A stretch of DNA of 63,835 bases, counting the filler, from Octopus bimaculoides (taxonomy: Eukaryota): assembly GCF_001194135.2 (NCBI RefSeq). It is 6 parts of 6 records of this genome, joined end to end, with 100 filler letters (N's around TTAATTAATTAA, not from the genome) between each part and the next. Parts side by side here need not be neighbours in the genome. Positions count along the whole stretch, not along the records: positions 33,619 to 55,755 come from NC_068991.1; 5 more parts are not named here. One strand, given 5' to 3'. Under the pieces are notes generated by a model. It saw nothing but the letters and a program-made list of their open reading frames with translations. It was not told the DNA's origin and ran no database searches. This document shows, in pieces, positions 34,448-48,213 of the stretch. The first letter of the stretch is position 1, and every line of letters begins with the position of its first letter. The translations under genes were made by a program, and so were the position numbers.

Positions 34448-35808
34448 TGCAATACAATTATGCATTAACTATGAAGTATTACTGTTAATTCCATGTGTAA
34501 CAAGTACGAAACTGAGAAGATAGCTATCTCATAGGCAAACTTGGGTTATTTGCTCGCTTTGCATGTGAATTAGATACGCAAGAATAAAGAAACAGCAAGT
34601 TTAGAGATAGTATCGCATGTTGATAATGACGTTAAGGTCAACACAGGCGATGACAGAACGCCACCCCTTGAGGTGTTTCCTCTCAGCTATATTGTTGGTG
34701 ACAAGACGAGGTCTAGGTCGTAATGCCCTGATTTTGAAACATAAAATGGCAGTTAAGGGGCTTCTGCTATAGAAAATGTACTACTACGGAGATTTTCGAA
34801 GCAATATTTAAACATTGGGATGTATCCAAGTGTTTACTTAACATAACATCATATCCGCATTAGTTTTATATTTCACGGTGCTGTGCTCAAAGACGTATTT
34901 GTCAATAATAATAATCATACAGTTAGGTTGAATAATACTCTTTAAAATATTGAACCAGACATAAAATAATTACCCTGACAGTTGTTGTTCAGGTTGGTGT
35001 TGTTTTTTTTTATCCCTAGGTAAGTTTTGGCAGTAAAAAACAAATCTATGATCAAAGGCCGTTTCAGCTAAGACTACACCAACTTTATTTCTGGAATAAT
35101 GTACTTCGGACGTAACCAAATGTTTGCTTTTTATAAATGTGTAGTTCTATATGTTCTTCGAGAAGGAATCCTAACACGCGCATACACATACACACGTAAG
35201 TATGTAAGTATATATATATATATATATATATATATATNNNNNNNNNNNNNNNNNNNNNNNNNNNNNNNNNNNNNNNNNNNNNNNNNNNNNNNNNNNNNNN
35301 NNNNNNNNNNNNNNNNNNNNNNNNNNNNNNNNNNNNNNNNNNNNNNNNNNNNNNNNNNNNNNNNNNNNNNNNNNNNNNNNNNNNNNNNNNNNNNNNNNNN
35401 NNNNNNNNNNNNNNNNNNNNNNNNNNNNNNNNNNNNNNNNNNNNNNNNNNNNNNNNNNNNNNNNNNNNNNNNNNNNNNNNNNNNNNNNNNNNNNNNNNNN
35501 NNNNNNNNNNNNNNNNNNNNNNNNNNNNNNNNNNNNNNNNNNNNNNNNNNNNNNNNNNNNNNNNNNNNNNNNNNNNNNNNNNNNNNNNNNNNNNNNNNNN
35601 NNNNNNNNNNNNNNNNNNNNNNNNNNNNNNNNNNNNNNNNNNNNNNNNNNNNAATATCTACTCATACCCATACGAACAACATATATCCGCACGATTATAT
35701 ACATGCATTTACATGTATACACTAGTTGAATCTAATTTATTCATCTCAACCACGTGCTTTTACGATCAAAATAATATCACAGTCAATGTAGTTTGATCAG
35801 GAGTAAAA

Positions 35809-35955
35809 TTTCGAACCTGAGTTCTCATTCCTAAGGTACTTTTCGACGTTGTTGTTGTTGTTATTATTATTATTATTATTATTCAACTCACTGCTTGGAT
35901 TCGAACTCGGAATCTTGGGGTTAGTAGCCCGCGCTCTTAACCACTACGCCATATG
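35809..35955 (-). mobile_element. tRNA-headed element: Pol III head + (AAT/AAC)n + start of hammerhead-bearing module
   Basis: A box TGGCGTAGTGG (35951-35941), B box GAGTTCGAATCC (35908-35897), microsatellite 35847-35883, then 38 bp matching 28706-28743 at 36/38. Confidence 0.7.
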
Positions 35956-37217
35956 CTCGTGGGCATTATGTGTAACATTTTAGCTGTGAGCTCTTCTGCT
36001 TTTAGTTCTTCAGTTTTGATAACATTTACATTTATAGCGAGAACATTACAGGTTTTCATTCTTTTTATAGAAACAGAAGCAGTCTATGAACAAAGACGAA
36101 ATGCTAGAGCATTCAGACGATGTTGTCAAAGCAGAACTAATCAAATAAAAACAAAACGAAACAAATAAACCCTGACAAAGCTGTCAAAACAGCAGTCACA
36201 AAACAAATGAAGAAAGCCTACGAGACAAACACAACTACATGAGTGTGACTTCAAAAACAGCAATAACCACAACCTTTTTAAGACAGGCGGTAAAATAGAG
36301 ACACAGGACGGTAAAATACAGATAGAAAAACTCATGAAGTACTTCAATTTTACAAAGATGGTTCACATCAAATTCTTGCATAAGATATGTTAGGAATCTA
36401 AAACGGTCCTGTCCTTATAATCGGAATATTTATCCAGAAATAACAAAATAATTATTTGTATATATNNNNNNNNNNNNNNNNNNNNNNNNNNNNNNNNNNN
36501 NNNNNNNNNNNNNNNNNNNNNNNNNNNNNNNNNNNNNNNNNNNNNNNNNNNNNNNNNNNNNNNNNNNNNNNNNNNNNNNNNNNNNNNNNNNNNNNNNNNN
36601 NNNNNNNNNNNNNNNNNNNNNNNNNNNNNNNNNNNNNNNNNNNNNNNNNNNNNNNNNNNNNNNNNNNNNNNNNNNNNNNNNNNNNNNNNNNNNNNNNNNN
36701 NNNNNNNNNNNNNNNNNNNNNNNNNNNNNNNNNNNNNNNNNNNNNNNNNNNNNNNNNNNNNNNNNNNNNNNNNNNNNNNNNNNNNNNNNNNNNNNNNNNN
36801 NNNNNNNNNNNNNNNNNNNNNNNNNNNNNNNNNNNNNNNNNNNNNNNNNNNNNNNNNNNNNNNNNNNNNNNNNNNNNNNNNNNNNNNNNNNNNNNNNNNN
36901 NNNNNNNNNNNNNNNNNNNNNNNNNNNNNNNNNNNNNNNNNNNNNNNNNNNNNNNNNNNNNNNNNNNNNNNNNNNNNNNNNNNNNNNNNNNNNNNNNNNN
37001 NNNNNNNNNNNNNNNNNNNNNNNNNNNNNNNNNNNNNNNNNNNNNNNNNNNNNNNNNNNNNNNNNNNNNNNNNNNNNNNNNNNNNNNNNNNNNNNNNNNN
37101 NNNNNNNNNNNNNNNNNNNNNNNNNNNNNNNNNNNNNNNNNNNNNNNNNNNNNNNNNNNNNNNNNNNNNNNNNNNNNNNNNNNNNNNNNNNNNNNNNNNN
37201 NNNNNNNNNNNNNNNNN

Positions 37218-37248
<31 letters not shown>

Positions 37249-37896
37249 CATGTGTGTGTGTGTGTGTGTGTGTGCACGCGCGTGCGAGCTAACATACGTG
37301 AGAACATATGTGGAGAAAATGAAATGAAGTATCATTAGGTAATATAAAGGGTAGTAAATGTTTGAAATGTGACAAGAAAACATTCAAGAATGGTTAAAGA
37401 GTATTGAATGGAATGGACGAGATATCCTGTTAAAATATCTTCTCTTTTTATCTAACAAGGAATGTGAAATTACAGCGTCTCCATTCTAGGTGCTCTGACA
37501 GAGCGCCATGGTTATGTTTTTCTGCGTGCATATATGCATAAATACGAGCGTATGTGTGTCTGTGTGTGTGTGTATATATATATATATGCACATATACACG
37601 TGTGTGTGTGTGTGTGTTTCTGTGTATGCTTTTTGTCTTTTTAAGTGGAATGTAATACGTGATTAGAAGCTGTTGATGCTGAGGCAAGATAGATAGGTAG
37701 ATAGATAGATAGATAGATGGATAGAAAGATAGATAGATAGATAGATAGACAGATAAATAGATAGTTAGCTAGATAGTGAGGCAAAAACTCCCACACAAAT
37801 ACTTATACACATGTACAAACATATAAACATACATATAAATATATATATAATTACATATGCCCAGACATGCACGCACACACACATACAGTTACATAT

Positions 37897-37952
<56 letters not shown>

Positions 37953-37977
37953 NNNNNNNNNNNNNNNNNNNNNNNNN

Positions 37978-38023
<46 letters not shown>

Positions 38024-39077
38024 ATATATATATACACACACATATATATATATATACATATACATACATATATACACATATACATATATATATAGATTGA
38101 TAATACACATATTTATACCCACATATTATATATACATATGTACATACTCATATGTGTGCGTGTGTGCATATACAAACATGCATACTTATATATGTGCGTG
38201 TGTAGGTATATGTATATTAATTCATACGCTTACATACGTGTATACAATGAGAAAGAGAGAGGAAGTGGGTGAGAGAAAGGGAGGAAGAAAGAGTGCGAGA
38301 AAGACACAGATAGAGAGAAAGAGAGGTGGAGAGAGAGAGATAGAGAGAGGGAGAGTGAAAGAGACACACACACACCCGCGCACACACACATACACACATA
38401 TACACACCGGTAGAGAGATGGATAGTCAGAGATGTTGTCTAGTGAATCGTGTGTTTGTAACGATTAACAAACTGAAATGCGATCTGTTGACAACTGCGGA
38501 AAACTACCTAAACCAGAAATACAAACCAGAATATAAATAAATATATAGAGACGCTGATGCATTGACACGATCACACATGATATAGATATACACATGCATG
38601 GTCGTATACACACACATATATGCATACACACGCACGCATACATGCTGATATGTATCTTCACGTACACGCATACACACATATAACCACATTCAACACAAGC
38701 ACACCCTCACCCACACCCACACCCACATATATGTATGTATGTATATATGTATGTATGTATCTTAACCATTTCCNNNNNNNNNNNNNNNNNNNNNNNNNNN
38801 NNNNNNNNNNNNNNNNNNNNNNNNNNNNNNNNNNNNNNNNNNNNNNNNNNNNNNNNNNNNNNNNNNNNNNNNNNNNNNNNNNNNNNNNNNNTATATATAC
38901 ATCCACATATATATATATATACATGTAACATGTATATAATATATAATACTATATATATGTATGTGGGGGGGGGGTATAAATATATACATTCGCATATCGA
39001 TATACATGTATATATATTGTATTACATATCTGTATGTAATATATTATACTATATCTATCTATCTCTCTATCTATCTA

Positions 39078-39164
<87 letters not shown>

Positions 39165-39217
39165 CTCTCTCTCTCTCTCTCTCTCTNNNNNNNNNNNNNN
39201 NNNNNNNNNTCTATCTA

Positions 39218-39292
<75 letters not shown>

Positions 39293-40219
39293 TATATATG
39301 CCTATACCCATCCACTCGCATTCATTCTTTCACACACCCACACACATTCACGCACACGCATCCGTATACATACTTACATACAAACATATGTTTGAGCCTA
39401 TGTCCATGCTGAAGTGGGAGTGCTGCTAGTAAACGTAATGCAGTGAACGAAAAACATAAATATGTAGAAAAACCACAAGGATTACTATCCGTTTTGATAT
39501 GGGCAAGGAAAACAAATCCGAATATCAAATTTATGAATAGTCTAATGATGTGGAGTGGCGTGTCGTAAAGTTGGGAGTGAGTCTTTTCTGTGATAAAACA
39601 TCTCTGTGCATGGTTCTGTCTTGTTACATCTCTTCAGCGAAGTGTCATCGCAGTCATGCTTACGTGACCTTAGAATGTATTTTTTATATTTTTCTATCAT
39701 TTAGCTGTTTAAGTAATAGGACTGCAACTTGAAGGGTTTTTGATCAAATACATCGACCGCAGAGCTTATTTTTTAAAGTCTGGTCTCTATTTGCCGAACC
39801 GCTAACTTACCAGGACTAAAATAAACCAATTTCGGTTGTCGAGCGGTTTTCAAGTGGTCGAGTCAGCTTCTTGAAGCTGTCTGAAGATCTGTGTTCATAC
39901 AGGTGAATCATGAATACTCATATCTAGATGAATCACACACACACACTCACACACGCACGCACAAACACAAACACATACATACAAATCTGCACACACACAC
40001 ATACATAATACATACATACATACAGACAGACAGACAATACAAACAGACATACAAACAAAAGCAGACAGACAGACAGACATACAAACAAAAATACCCTGTT
40101 GTTGATGTTGAAATTCCAATGAAGGCACCTTGGATCTAGGTTAGAAACCGACTCTGTCTCTATTGACAAGAAATCTTGAAATAAACTGAACAATGACATA
40201 CATACATACATACATACAT

Positions 40220-40495
40220 AGAAATCAGCTGTCCTGCGGATGTGAACATCCCACTAAAGATTAGAGAAAAAGAGAACAACTACNNNNNNNNNNNNNNNNN
40301 NNNNNNNNNNNNNNNNNNNNNNNNNNNNNNNNNNNNNNNNNNNNNNNNNNNNNNNNNNNGAACTGCCTCAACAAAAACCTGGAAAAATTAGGGTTCTCAA
40401 AACCTGAAAGAAAAAGGCTGATTAGAAGACTACAGATTCAAGCCATCAATGGAACTGTAAAGATATGTAAAACTTTCCAAAAATTTAGCACATAA
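40220..40495 (+). mobile_element. RLE-bearing non-LTR retrotransposon C-terminal fragment (gap inside)
   Basis: EISCPADVNIPLKIREKENNY [N gap] NCLNKNLEKLGFSKPERKRLIRRLQIQAINGTVKICKTFQKFST*; related to 12830-13110. Confidence 0.72.
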
Positions 40496-40572
40496 ATACA
40501 TATGCATGCATCTAGACATAAAAACGCATCCATAAAACAAACATACAACTCTGCGCATACACTAACACCAAA

Positions 40573-40608
<36 letters not shown>

Positions 40609-40859
40609 GCACAAATACCTAGATGATGTTGATAAAAGTTCCAATGAAGGAGCCTTGAATCTATGTTAGAGTCCGGCTCTTTCTCTATGGACAAGAAATA
40701 CAGAAATGAAACTGATTGATAACATACATATATATAAGTACTAGACTGAAAAAATAGTACTGTGGTCGATCTGTTCGATTAAAACCCTTCAAGGTGGTGC
40801 CCCAGCATGGCCGTAGCCTAATGACTGAAACATGTAAAAGATGAAAGATGGAGAAAGAA

Positions 40860-41215
40860 ATCCCATGAGCTTTGCAGGTCCTTCGAGGTTGGTGAGATTG
40901 AGACTGCTGCAGGTTAAAACACCTGATGGAAAGGCAAGAGCAGGCAGAATATTCCAGAGGACAGAAATTCTGTGGGGAAGTAGGGTGGAGTGGGCGGAGA
41001 AAGCACTGGGATTGGTGGTCAGTGTGGGGCTAGGGAGGCTGGTCGCAACAAGGATGATGAAAGGTGGAAAGACGAGTGGGTAGGAAACACCTGAATGGTG
41101 GATGTATGAAACCAGCCAGCCAGCTCTGCGGAACGATCAAGATCTGAAATATTACCTTGATGAAAGGAACTTCTACGTAACCACTCGACACTGCTGTTGT
41201 TATCTGACACTAGGT
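40860..41215 (-). mobile_element. L2/CR1-group LINE C-terminal fragment (decayed)
   Basis: Minus: RSAELAG...LPHRISVLWNILPALAFPSG..NLQQ, fitting the SELA...PRTSxLWNxLP...FP...NLQxFK pattern. Confidence 0.5.
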
Positions 41216-41686
41216 CAGCTCAGAAGGAATAACCTTAGGATCAAAGGCAAATAACCATGACCACCCCGTCTTATTTTCTGACTGTAGCAGGGTGTAATTT
41301 TAGGGAAATTTTGATTGCTATTTCTACCAGGTTAAGCGGTTAAACGAAGCCCAGATGAAGAAGACCTCGATAGCATACGAGTCTGAAACTTTCTGCTGAG
41401 GAACTCTCTAAAAATCCATATGAGTTACATACATACAAATACGTAAAATTAAATATACATCGGCTCTGACACGCCCCCGCAGGTTCATATTAAGTTGCAA
41501 TTCGCCCCTAATAATAAAAATGTTCACCGCGCATGTCATAGCGGTTCTCCTCCTTGTTGGTTCGAGTCATTAGACGTGTAACAACCCTTTAATATCTTTT
41601 AACAAACGTCTGACTCTATTACATTATTTCTGTAATAAAGACCACGCACAGAAAAAGGCGGGAGGCAAATTTATCGGAGCTACTCC

Positions 41687-41724
<38 letters not shown>

Positions 41725-41762
41725 TGATGATGATGATGATGATGATGATAATGATGATGTTG

Positions 41763-41797
<35 letters not shown>

Positions 41798-41810
41798 AAT
41801 AATATTAATT

Positions 41811-42093
41811 CACATTTAGAAACATGGGTGTTTTGCTCAACATCCTTAAACAAACCTTATTCAGGAACCTTTTGAACGGGATGGGCTACTCGACCTGAAG
41901 AAAATTCTTACTGGGCCCCACCTGCGAGGTCATGCGCTGTTTATCTTGATATGAGATTACCATTGCGTGCACATATGGTTGTGATGCATGTGCCTGGTGT
42001 ACCCTTATAAGCCGGGTAGACATGATGGGTATAATGGGTTTCGTATATTTTACCCCAGTGTCACTTTGATGGCATGCACTGCTCTCTCACTCA
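41811..42093 (+). mobile_element. Non-LTR retroelement 3' UTR-like piece with (TAA)n on both sides
   Basis: Unique about 280-bp segment ending CTGCTCTCTCACTCAATAATAATAAT, embedded between TAA tracts; family not assigned. Confidence 0.5.
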
Positions 42094-42273
42094 ATAATAA
42101 TAATAATAATAATAATGATAATGGTGTCATCAGCAGGTTTGGGGGAGGGAGCTAGTCAATAACACCGACCCCAGTTCTCAGCTGGTACTTATTTCTTCGA
42201 CCCACGAGGGGATGAAAGGTAAAGTCGATCTGGGTGGAATTCTGCCATCACGCCGCACAACTACTACTACTAT

Positions 42274-42322
<49 letters not shown>

Positions 42323-42350
42323 GTTACTGCTGCTGCTGCTGCCACTGCTG

Positions 42351-42422
<72 letters not shown>

Positions 42423-42574
42423 TTGTATCATATAGAAATATTTCATGACTGGTTATCATCAGTTATCAATCCTTTCCAGAGAAATATATATTTCTGATTC
42501 GGTATCAAATTTCAACATCATGTCGCTTTTTATCTGATAATTATGTTTTATTGATAGTTAGAACTGTAAACAAT

Positions 42575-42940
42575 AGATGCTGGTACGGTGGCTTGAATGC
42601 TTAAGTAGTTCGCTTTTGCAGTCTCGAGGTACTGGGTTCGTTCCCACAACACGGCTTTTTTCAGTAAGTTTCCTTTCCCATAATTCCGAGTCAACTCATG
42701 ATTTATGAGTGAAATTGGGCAGATGGAAACTGTGTGGAAGCCTGCTGCATGGAATGTGCCTGTAATTCAAAGGGCCAGTCTTATCATATACTGGGTCGCG
42801 CTGGTTTTCCTCTTAGAAGATTATATTTAAGGTGCACATGTCGGTGAAATATTGAGCCAGCTACACACGACTTCAATGAACTGGGCAGATACGTTGATCG
42901 AACAGACGGGACTCTAATCGTCGAAAGCGACGGAGAGCCA
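42575..42940 (+). mobile_element. Old SINE: family B-like head + family C-like tail
   Basis: GGGTTCGTTCCC, GATGGAAACTGTGTGGAAGCC, then TGTGCCTGTAATTCAAAGGGCCAG...GCGACGGAG. Confidence 0.6.
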
Positions 42941-45900
42941 TTTACTTATAAGCAGCTCGCTTAAATTCCACACCAAAACAAAACCTGACATAAAACAACA
43001 TGCTCGACTAAAGGCGGTGCTCCAGCATGGCCGCAGTCAAATGACTTAAACAAGTAAAAGAGTAAAAGAGTATATATTAACAGTTTGGATCTTAGTTATA
43101 AAAAAATATGAAACCATTATTCTATGCTAATTTAGTTCATTTTGTAAAGCTCCATTTTCAGTTTGTAAGATAGAAATTTAAGTGTAATAAAATGTTTTAA
43201 AAGAAATTTAAAGTGCTTACGTGATAACTGTAAACCTACATATGGGCCACCATGTATACATACGTCTTATATATGTAATAAAAAAATTTACATACTAAAA
43301 AAAAAAAAGAAAAATGCATGTTAGATATGTATATTTTATGCATCTGTTTAATAAGGCTAAAGGACCACAAAATAACCGTTTTTTGGGTATTGTGGATGCT
43401 GAGTTTTTTCTGTGATAAGTATCGAAAGTTTAGCGTTCGTTTTAGAGAATATTGGTTAATTTTTCGTAAGTTAATTTTACGCCAGAGGTAGGCTTATCTA
43501 TGGTAAATTAACTGCGCTTTCATATTGAAAAAGTAGCAAACAAGTTACGTGATCGGCAGAAGGTGTGTGTCGCCAAACCACTTACAAATGGAACAGATGG
43601 AACATGTGAAAGTATTGCCTTCTTGTTTATCTTTTTTTTTTTTTTTCGAGAATCGAGGAGCGCCGTCGTAGGCAGAGAGTCCTTGAGGTCGGGAAATTTA
43701 GCAGATAAATGGGTTAACGCCAAGTTCCTATGTTGATATAACCATTCTTAGAGGTCGATGACATTCTTTCTTGCCTACCTAACATCACTAGAATNNNNNN
43801 NNNNNNNNNNNNNNNNNNNNNNNNNNNNNNNNNNNNNNNNNNNNNNNNNNNNNNNNNNNNNNNNNNNNNNNNNNNNNNNNNNNNNNNNNNNNNNNNNNNN
43901 NNNNNNNNNNNNNNNNNNNNNNNNNNNNNNNNNNNNNNNNNNNNNNNNNNNNNNNNNNNNNNNNNNNNNNNNNNNNNNNNNNNNNNNNNNNNNNNNNNNN
44001 NNNNNNNNNNNNNNNNNNNNNNNNNNNNNNNNNNNNNNNNNNNNNNNNNNNNNNNNNNNNNNNNNNNNNNNNNNNNNNNNNNNNNNNNNNNNNNNNNNNN
44101 NNNNNNNNNNNNNNNNNNNNNNNNNNNNNNNNNNNNNNNNNNNNNNNNNNNNNNNNNNNNNNNNNNNNNNNNNNNNNNNNNNNNNNNNNNNNNNNNNNNN
44201 NNNNNNNNNNNNNNNNNNNNNNNNNNNNNNNNNNNNNNNNNNNNNNNNNNNNNNNNNNNNNNNNNNNNNNNNNNNNNNNNNNNNNNNNNNNNNNNNNNNN
44301 NNNNNNNNNNNNNNNNNNNNNNNNNNNNNNNNNNNNNNNNNNNNNNNNNNNNNNNNNNNNNNNNNNNNNNNNNNNNNNNNNNNNNNNNNNAGCATTAATT
44401 CAAAGGATTGCTTAATACCTTTTACAAGGCGGTTAACAGTGACTTTGAAGTTTCGGTTCGGTCGCCATCATGAGACATGTATATGTGAGTGTGTATATGT
44501 GTGTGTGTGCGCGCATGTGTGTCCCCATTACTGTAATTACGACTACGGCACATTCTGTAATAAATGGCAATAACACCGACAGGGTTTCAGTACAAGTAGA
44601 GCATGCGACATCGAGAGCTCTTCAATACGTTTGCTCGACCTGCTAGAAACAGCAGCAAAATTTCCTTAAAAAAAAAAAGAGAGGCGCAAAGGACAACAAA
44701 AATCCTGATAAACAAAACGATGGGGTGGCTACGGTTGGAATGTATGTCACTACAAGTATGCAAAACTAGAGGTGATAAGGGAGGAACAACACAGTAAGAA
44801 GTGGCAGCAGCAGTAGCAGCCACAGTCATCGTCGTCGTCGTTGTAGTAGTAGAAATTGTAGCAATTGTAGTAGTAGTAATATTTTTATGATTAATGAATC
44901 AGATAAATCACAATTGATCATTGGATGATCTCTCTCTATGTTTCTAGTTTCGACTGAATTTCCTGAATTGAACACTGGATATCATCGATTTCTCAATCGA
45001 TGCTTTGTAGGTCCATTTCCGGTCCTTGGCAATAGCTCGATTTTTTTTAATAACTTTGCCAGAGAATTAAACAATTCGATATTTCGTTTATTACTTCGCT
45101 TGCAGAAATGAAATTAAACACTCAAGCGTGCATTCAAGGATGGAGACCACCAATTGCTTCGATATAAACGATAATGCAACAATCGCCATATATAGAATGA
45201 GACTAGATCCTGCAAAAGTATTTGGTAGTTTTCCAGAAATCATTTTAATATATTAAACTTCAGAGAAATTTGAAAGAAGTCGTAGAAGAATTCATGAATA
45301 AGAGGGAAGCTTATGTATAGGTCAAGCACCCATGGCCCTTTTCAGGATCTCTAAGACTAGCAGGGAAAAAAAAAAAAGTTACCCTTGGTTCAGAGCCCTG
45401 CTTTCAATGCTTGTAAAAGAGTTTACTTCACTAAAATCACACCATGGCAAAGGCTATGTAGTTAATTTAGTTTGAGTGAGCTTATAAATTTTTCTTCTAA
45501 ATTTACAAATTTGATATAAATGATATAAATTCAGTACCCTAGATAAGGGGGAATATAAATTTACAACTTCAACCCATTGCAGAAGATTTATCATTAATTC
45601 CCTTCCGACTGTACTTTATTTTTGGGTAATCTACGCAATCGTATTTCTTTCAATCTAAAGTGAAAACGCATTGGGAAGTCCATTTGTCGTTTGGATCATC
45701 ATCGAAAGCTTTGTATGTTAACAGCAGTTGTAGTTGCTGTTGAAGATATTTAGCTTCATGTTAGTCCTGATTGAGTAGATCCACGGTTAAATGATTCCAA
45801 TCATTATATCTCATCTTTTTGTATATCTGAGTCTACATCGTCAAACGTACTATTTATTTGGAAGACAGTAAAGTGCAATTTTCGACTAATTTGAGCGATC

Positions 45901-46560
45901 ACGAAGAAACGTTTTCATCGACTTTCGGGGAAACCTACCGTCTTCTGAAAAAATGGTCAAAATAGGATGCACTCTGCATGACGAACATGTATAATCTGTC
46001 AGGAGCTTGTTACCTGAGAGCTATGGAATTATCAAATATCTGGAGAGAAAGAACGACTCTTTGGTAGATACTGAACTAGTAGTAATTGTTATGGTACTTA
46101 TTCCTAAGCAACGAATTTCGAATCATCTCAGAGCTTTCTTAGCATTGGATAAATCAAAGAATCACAGTGACTGACTGAATAATTCAAAATCTGTAACCAA
46201 TAATGACGAGAAATCACACGGAAGATTCTTACAACCCACCACATTTCTATTTCCTTGTTAGATAAATTTTAATCATGGGTAAAATTAAGGCGAATTGACA
46301 GAGTCGATAGCGCAACAGTTAATCTGTTTTGCAGTATTATGAGCTTGGAGTTTAAATCCAATCGATACCAAACATTTTCACCAAGTCTTTCATGGTAAAT
46401 AAGTGTAGCAAATAGAACTTGAAAAGTTGTTTGAGAATTGGATGGAATCCTTGCTGTATCTGCTCCGGTTTTTTATGTTCTAAGTTAAAATTCCGTTTCG
46501 ACGCTGACAGCGAAGTTCAGTTATTCGCCCAATCAATGGAGCACCCAATCCAACTTTAGA

Positions 46561-46738
46561 TTCACGATGGAATATAGCCATCAACAACTTCCTTTCCGCG
46601 ACATCCACTTTAAGAAATCTAACAACGAAATAGAAACAGATATATACTATAAGCCCACGGACACCAAGGAATATCTACCGTTCAACTCATGCCACTCCAG
46701 ACACACTAGAATGACTATCCCCTTCAAACTAGCAAAAA
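46561..46738 (+). mobile_element. Penelope-like RT fragment, partial copy of 48253-48430
   Basis: 168/178 identical by my manual alignment; encodes EYSHQQLPFRD...IYYKPTDTKEYLPFNSCH. Confidence 0.85.
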
Positions 46739-47433
46739 AATGTGGATGGCTAGGCCTACAACTAGTATGGACAAATCGGCCACGGGCTACTGAGGCTTTC
46801 ATCAAGCAGCTGACTGAATTACAACACTAGAATAGCATGAACTTCTATAGCAATAAAACATAGGTTTATACAACAGAATAGGACGGAGGAATAAGCCTTA
46901 AGCACAGGAGTAGATATGGCAGTGAGGTTCAAATAGCCACTTCGTAAGGACATGTTTTCGGGTTCAAACCATAGCCTTTATATTGCGGATACCGAGTCGG
47001 TGGTTGGTTGCGAACCAATGATAGCAGTTTCGTGGCTAGATACAAATCGGTAGTCAATATGGCAGCCAGTCATAAGTCAACGACCGAAAATGGTTGGCGT
47101 GCCAAACAGGATGAAACACGGCGAAAACCTCAAGATGCTTATGAAATCTTAAAACGTGATACCAGCTCCAGAAAATATATATTCTTGTGCGCAAGCACAT
47201 ACACACGTCATATATATATATATATATATATATGTACATATACAAACACACGTACACACACATACACACACATGTACAGACAGACATACACACACGCATA
47301 TCTAACTATCTGTCTAGGTGGTTAAACTGTTGTGTATGTGAACACGTTTACATACATACCTATATATACATACACACACATATACATATATATATATACA
47401 TATATATGTATATATATATATGCATATATATGT

Positions 47434-47466
<33 letters not shown>

Positions 47467-47939
47467 NNNNNNNNNNNNNNNNNNNNNNNNNNNNNNNNNN
47501 NNNNNNNNNNNNNNNNNNNNNNNNNNNNNNNNNNNNNNNNNNNNNNNNNNNNNNNNNNNNNNNNNNNNNNNNNNNNNNNNNNNNNNNNNNNNNNNNNNNA
47601 TATAAATATATATATATTATATGAATATATATTACCTTGAACCTGCTTATGAATCTCCATAGATTACACAACTGTTCTAAAATGAGATGGTTTTGTCTTT
47701 CAAATGCAATTATATAATTATATGTCATGTTCCTATTCCTTTCAACGTATCTTTAGAGATGTTAGCTCAACACAAAATACGAGCGAATGCATGTGATACT
47801 AACTTGATAGCATAGAGCTTCTTTTTCTCATCATGACATCTGAGATATTACACGCTGTAAAATATATTTGGAGGTTCTAATGTTGATAGAAACATTAAAT
47901 CGACATCTTAAACTTATCGCAATATAAAATTTGGTTTTT

Positions 47940-48164
47940 AAGGCGGCGAGCTGGCAGAAATGTTAGCATGCCGTGCAAAATGCTTAGTGGCATTTCGTCC
48001 GTCTTTACGTTCTGAGTTCAAACTCCACCGAGGTCGACTTTATCTTTCATCCCTTTCGGGGTCGATAAAACAAGTACCTTGTTAATCATTGGAGTTAATG
48101 CAATCGACTAATCACATCCACCACTCCAGAATTGCTGGCCTTGTGCCAAAATTTGAAACCAATG
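47940..48164 (+). mobile_element. SINE family A, full length
   Basis: AGGCGGCGAGCTGGCAGAAATGTTAGC head; core; ends CCAAAATTTGAAACCAAT. Confidence 0.88.
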
Positions 48165-48213
48165 TATATATATATATATATATATATATGAAAGTATAGA
48201 GAGACTTAAAGAA

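Noticed and set aside
35885-35955. Functional tRNA gene (and likewise other SINE heads)
   Set aside because: A and B boxes are present, but acceptor and T stems do not pair; a tRNA-derived head, not a tRNA.
40092-40722. Hammerhead-like look of the two about 110-bp direct repeats (CCAATGAAGG...GGTTAGAAACCG)
   Set aside because: The core reads CCAAUGA, not CUGANGA, and there is no NUH or helix I; treated as an ordinary repeat with a (CATA)n tail.
41345-41395. Degenerate hammerhead (CAGATGA-hairpin-GAAAC)
   Set aside because: U4 is mutated, there is no helix III partner and no helix I pairing; single copy in the window.
43651-43687. Micro-exon IEERRRRQRVLE after a long poly-T tract
   Set aside because: GAG acceptor and GTCGGG donor are both weak; no supporting neighbours; only RNA-seq could rescue it.
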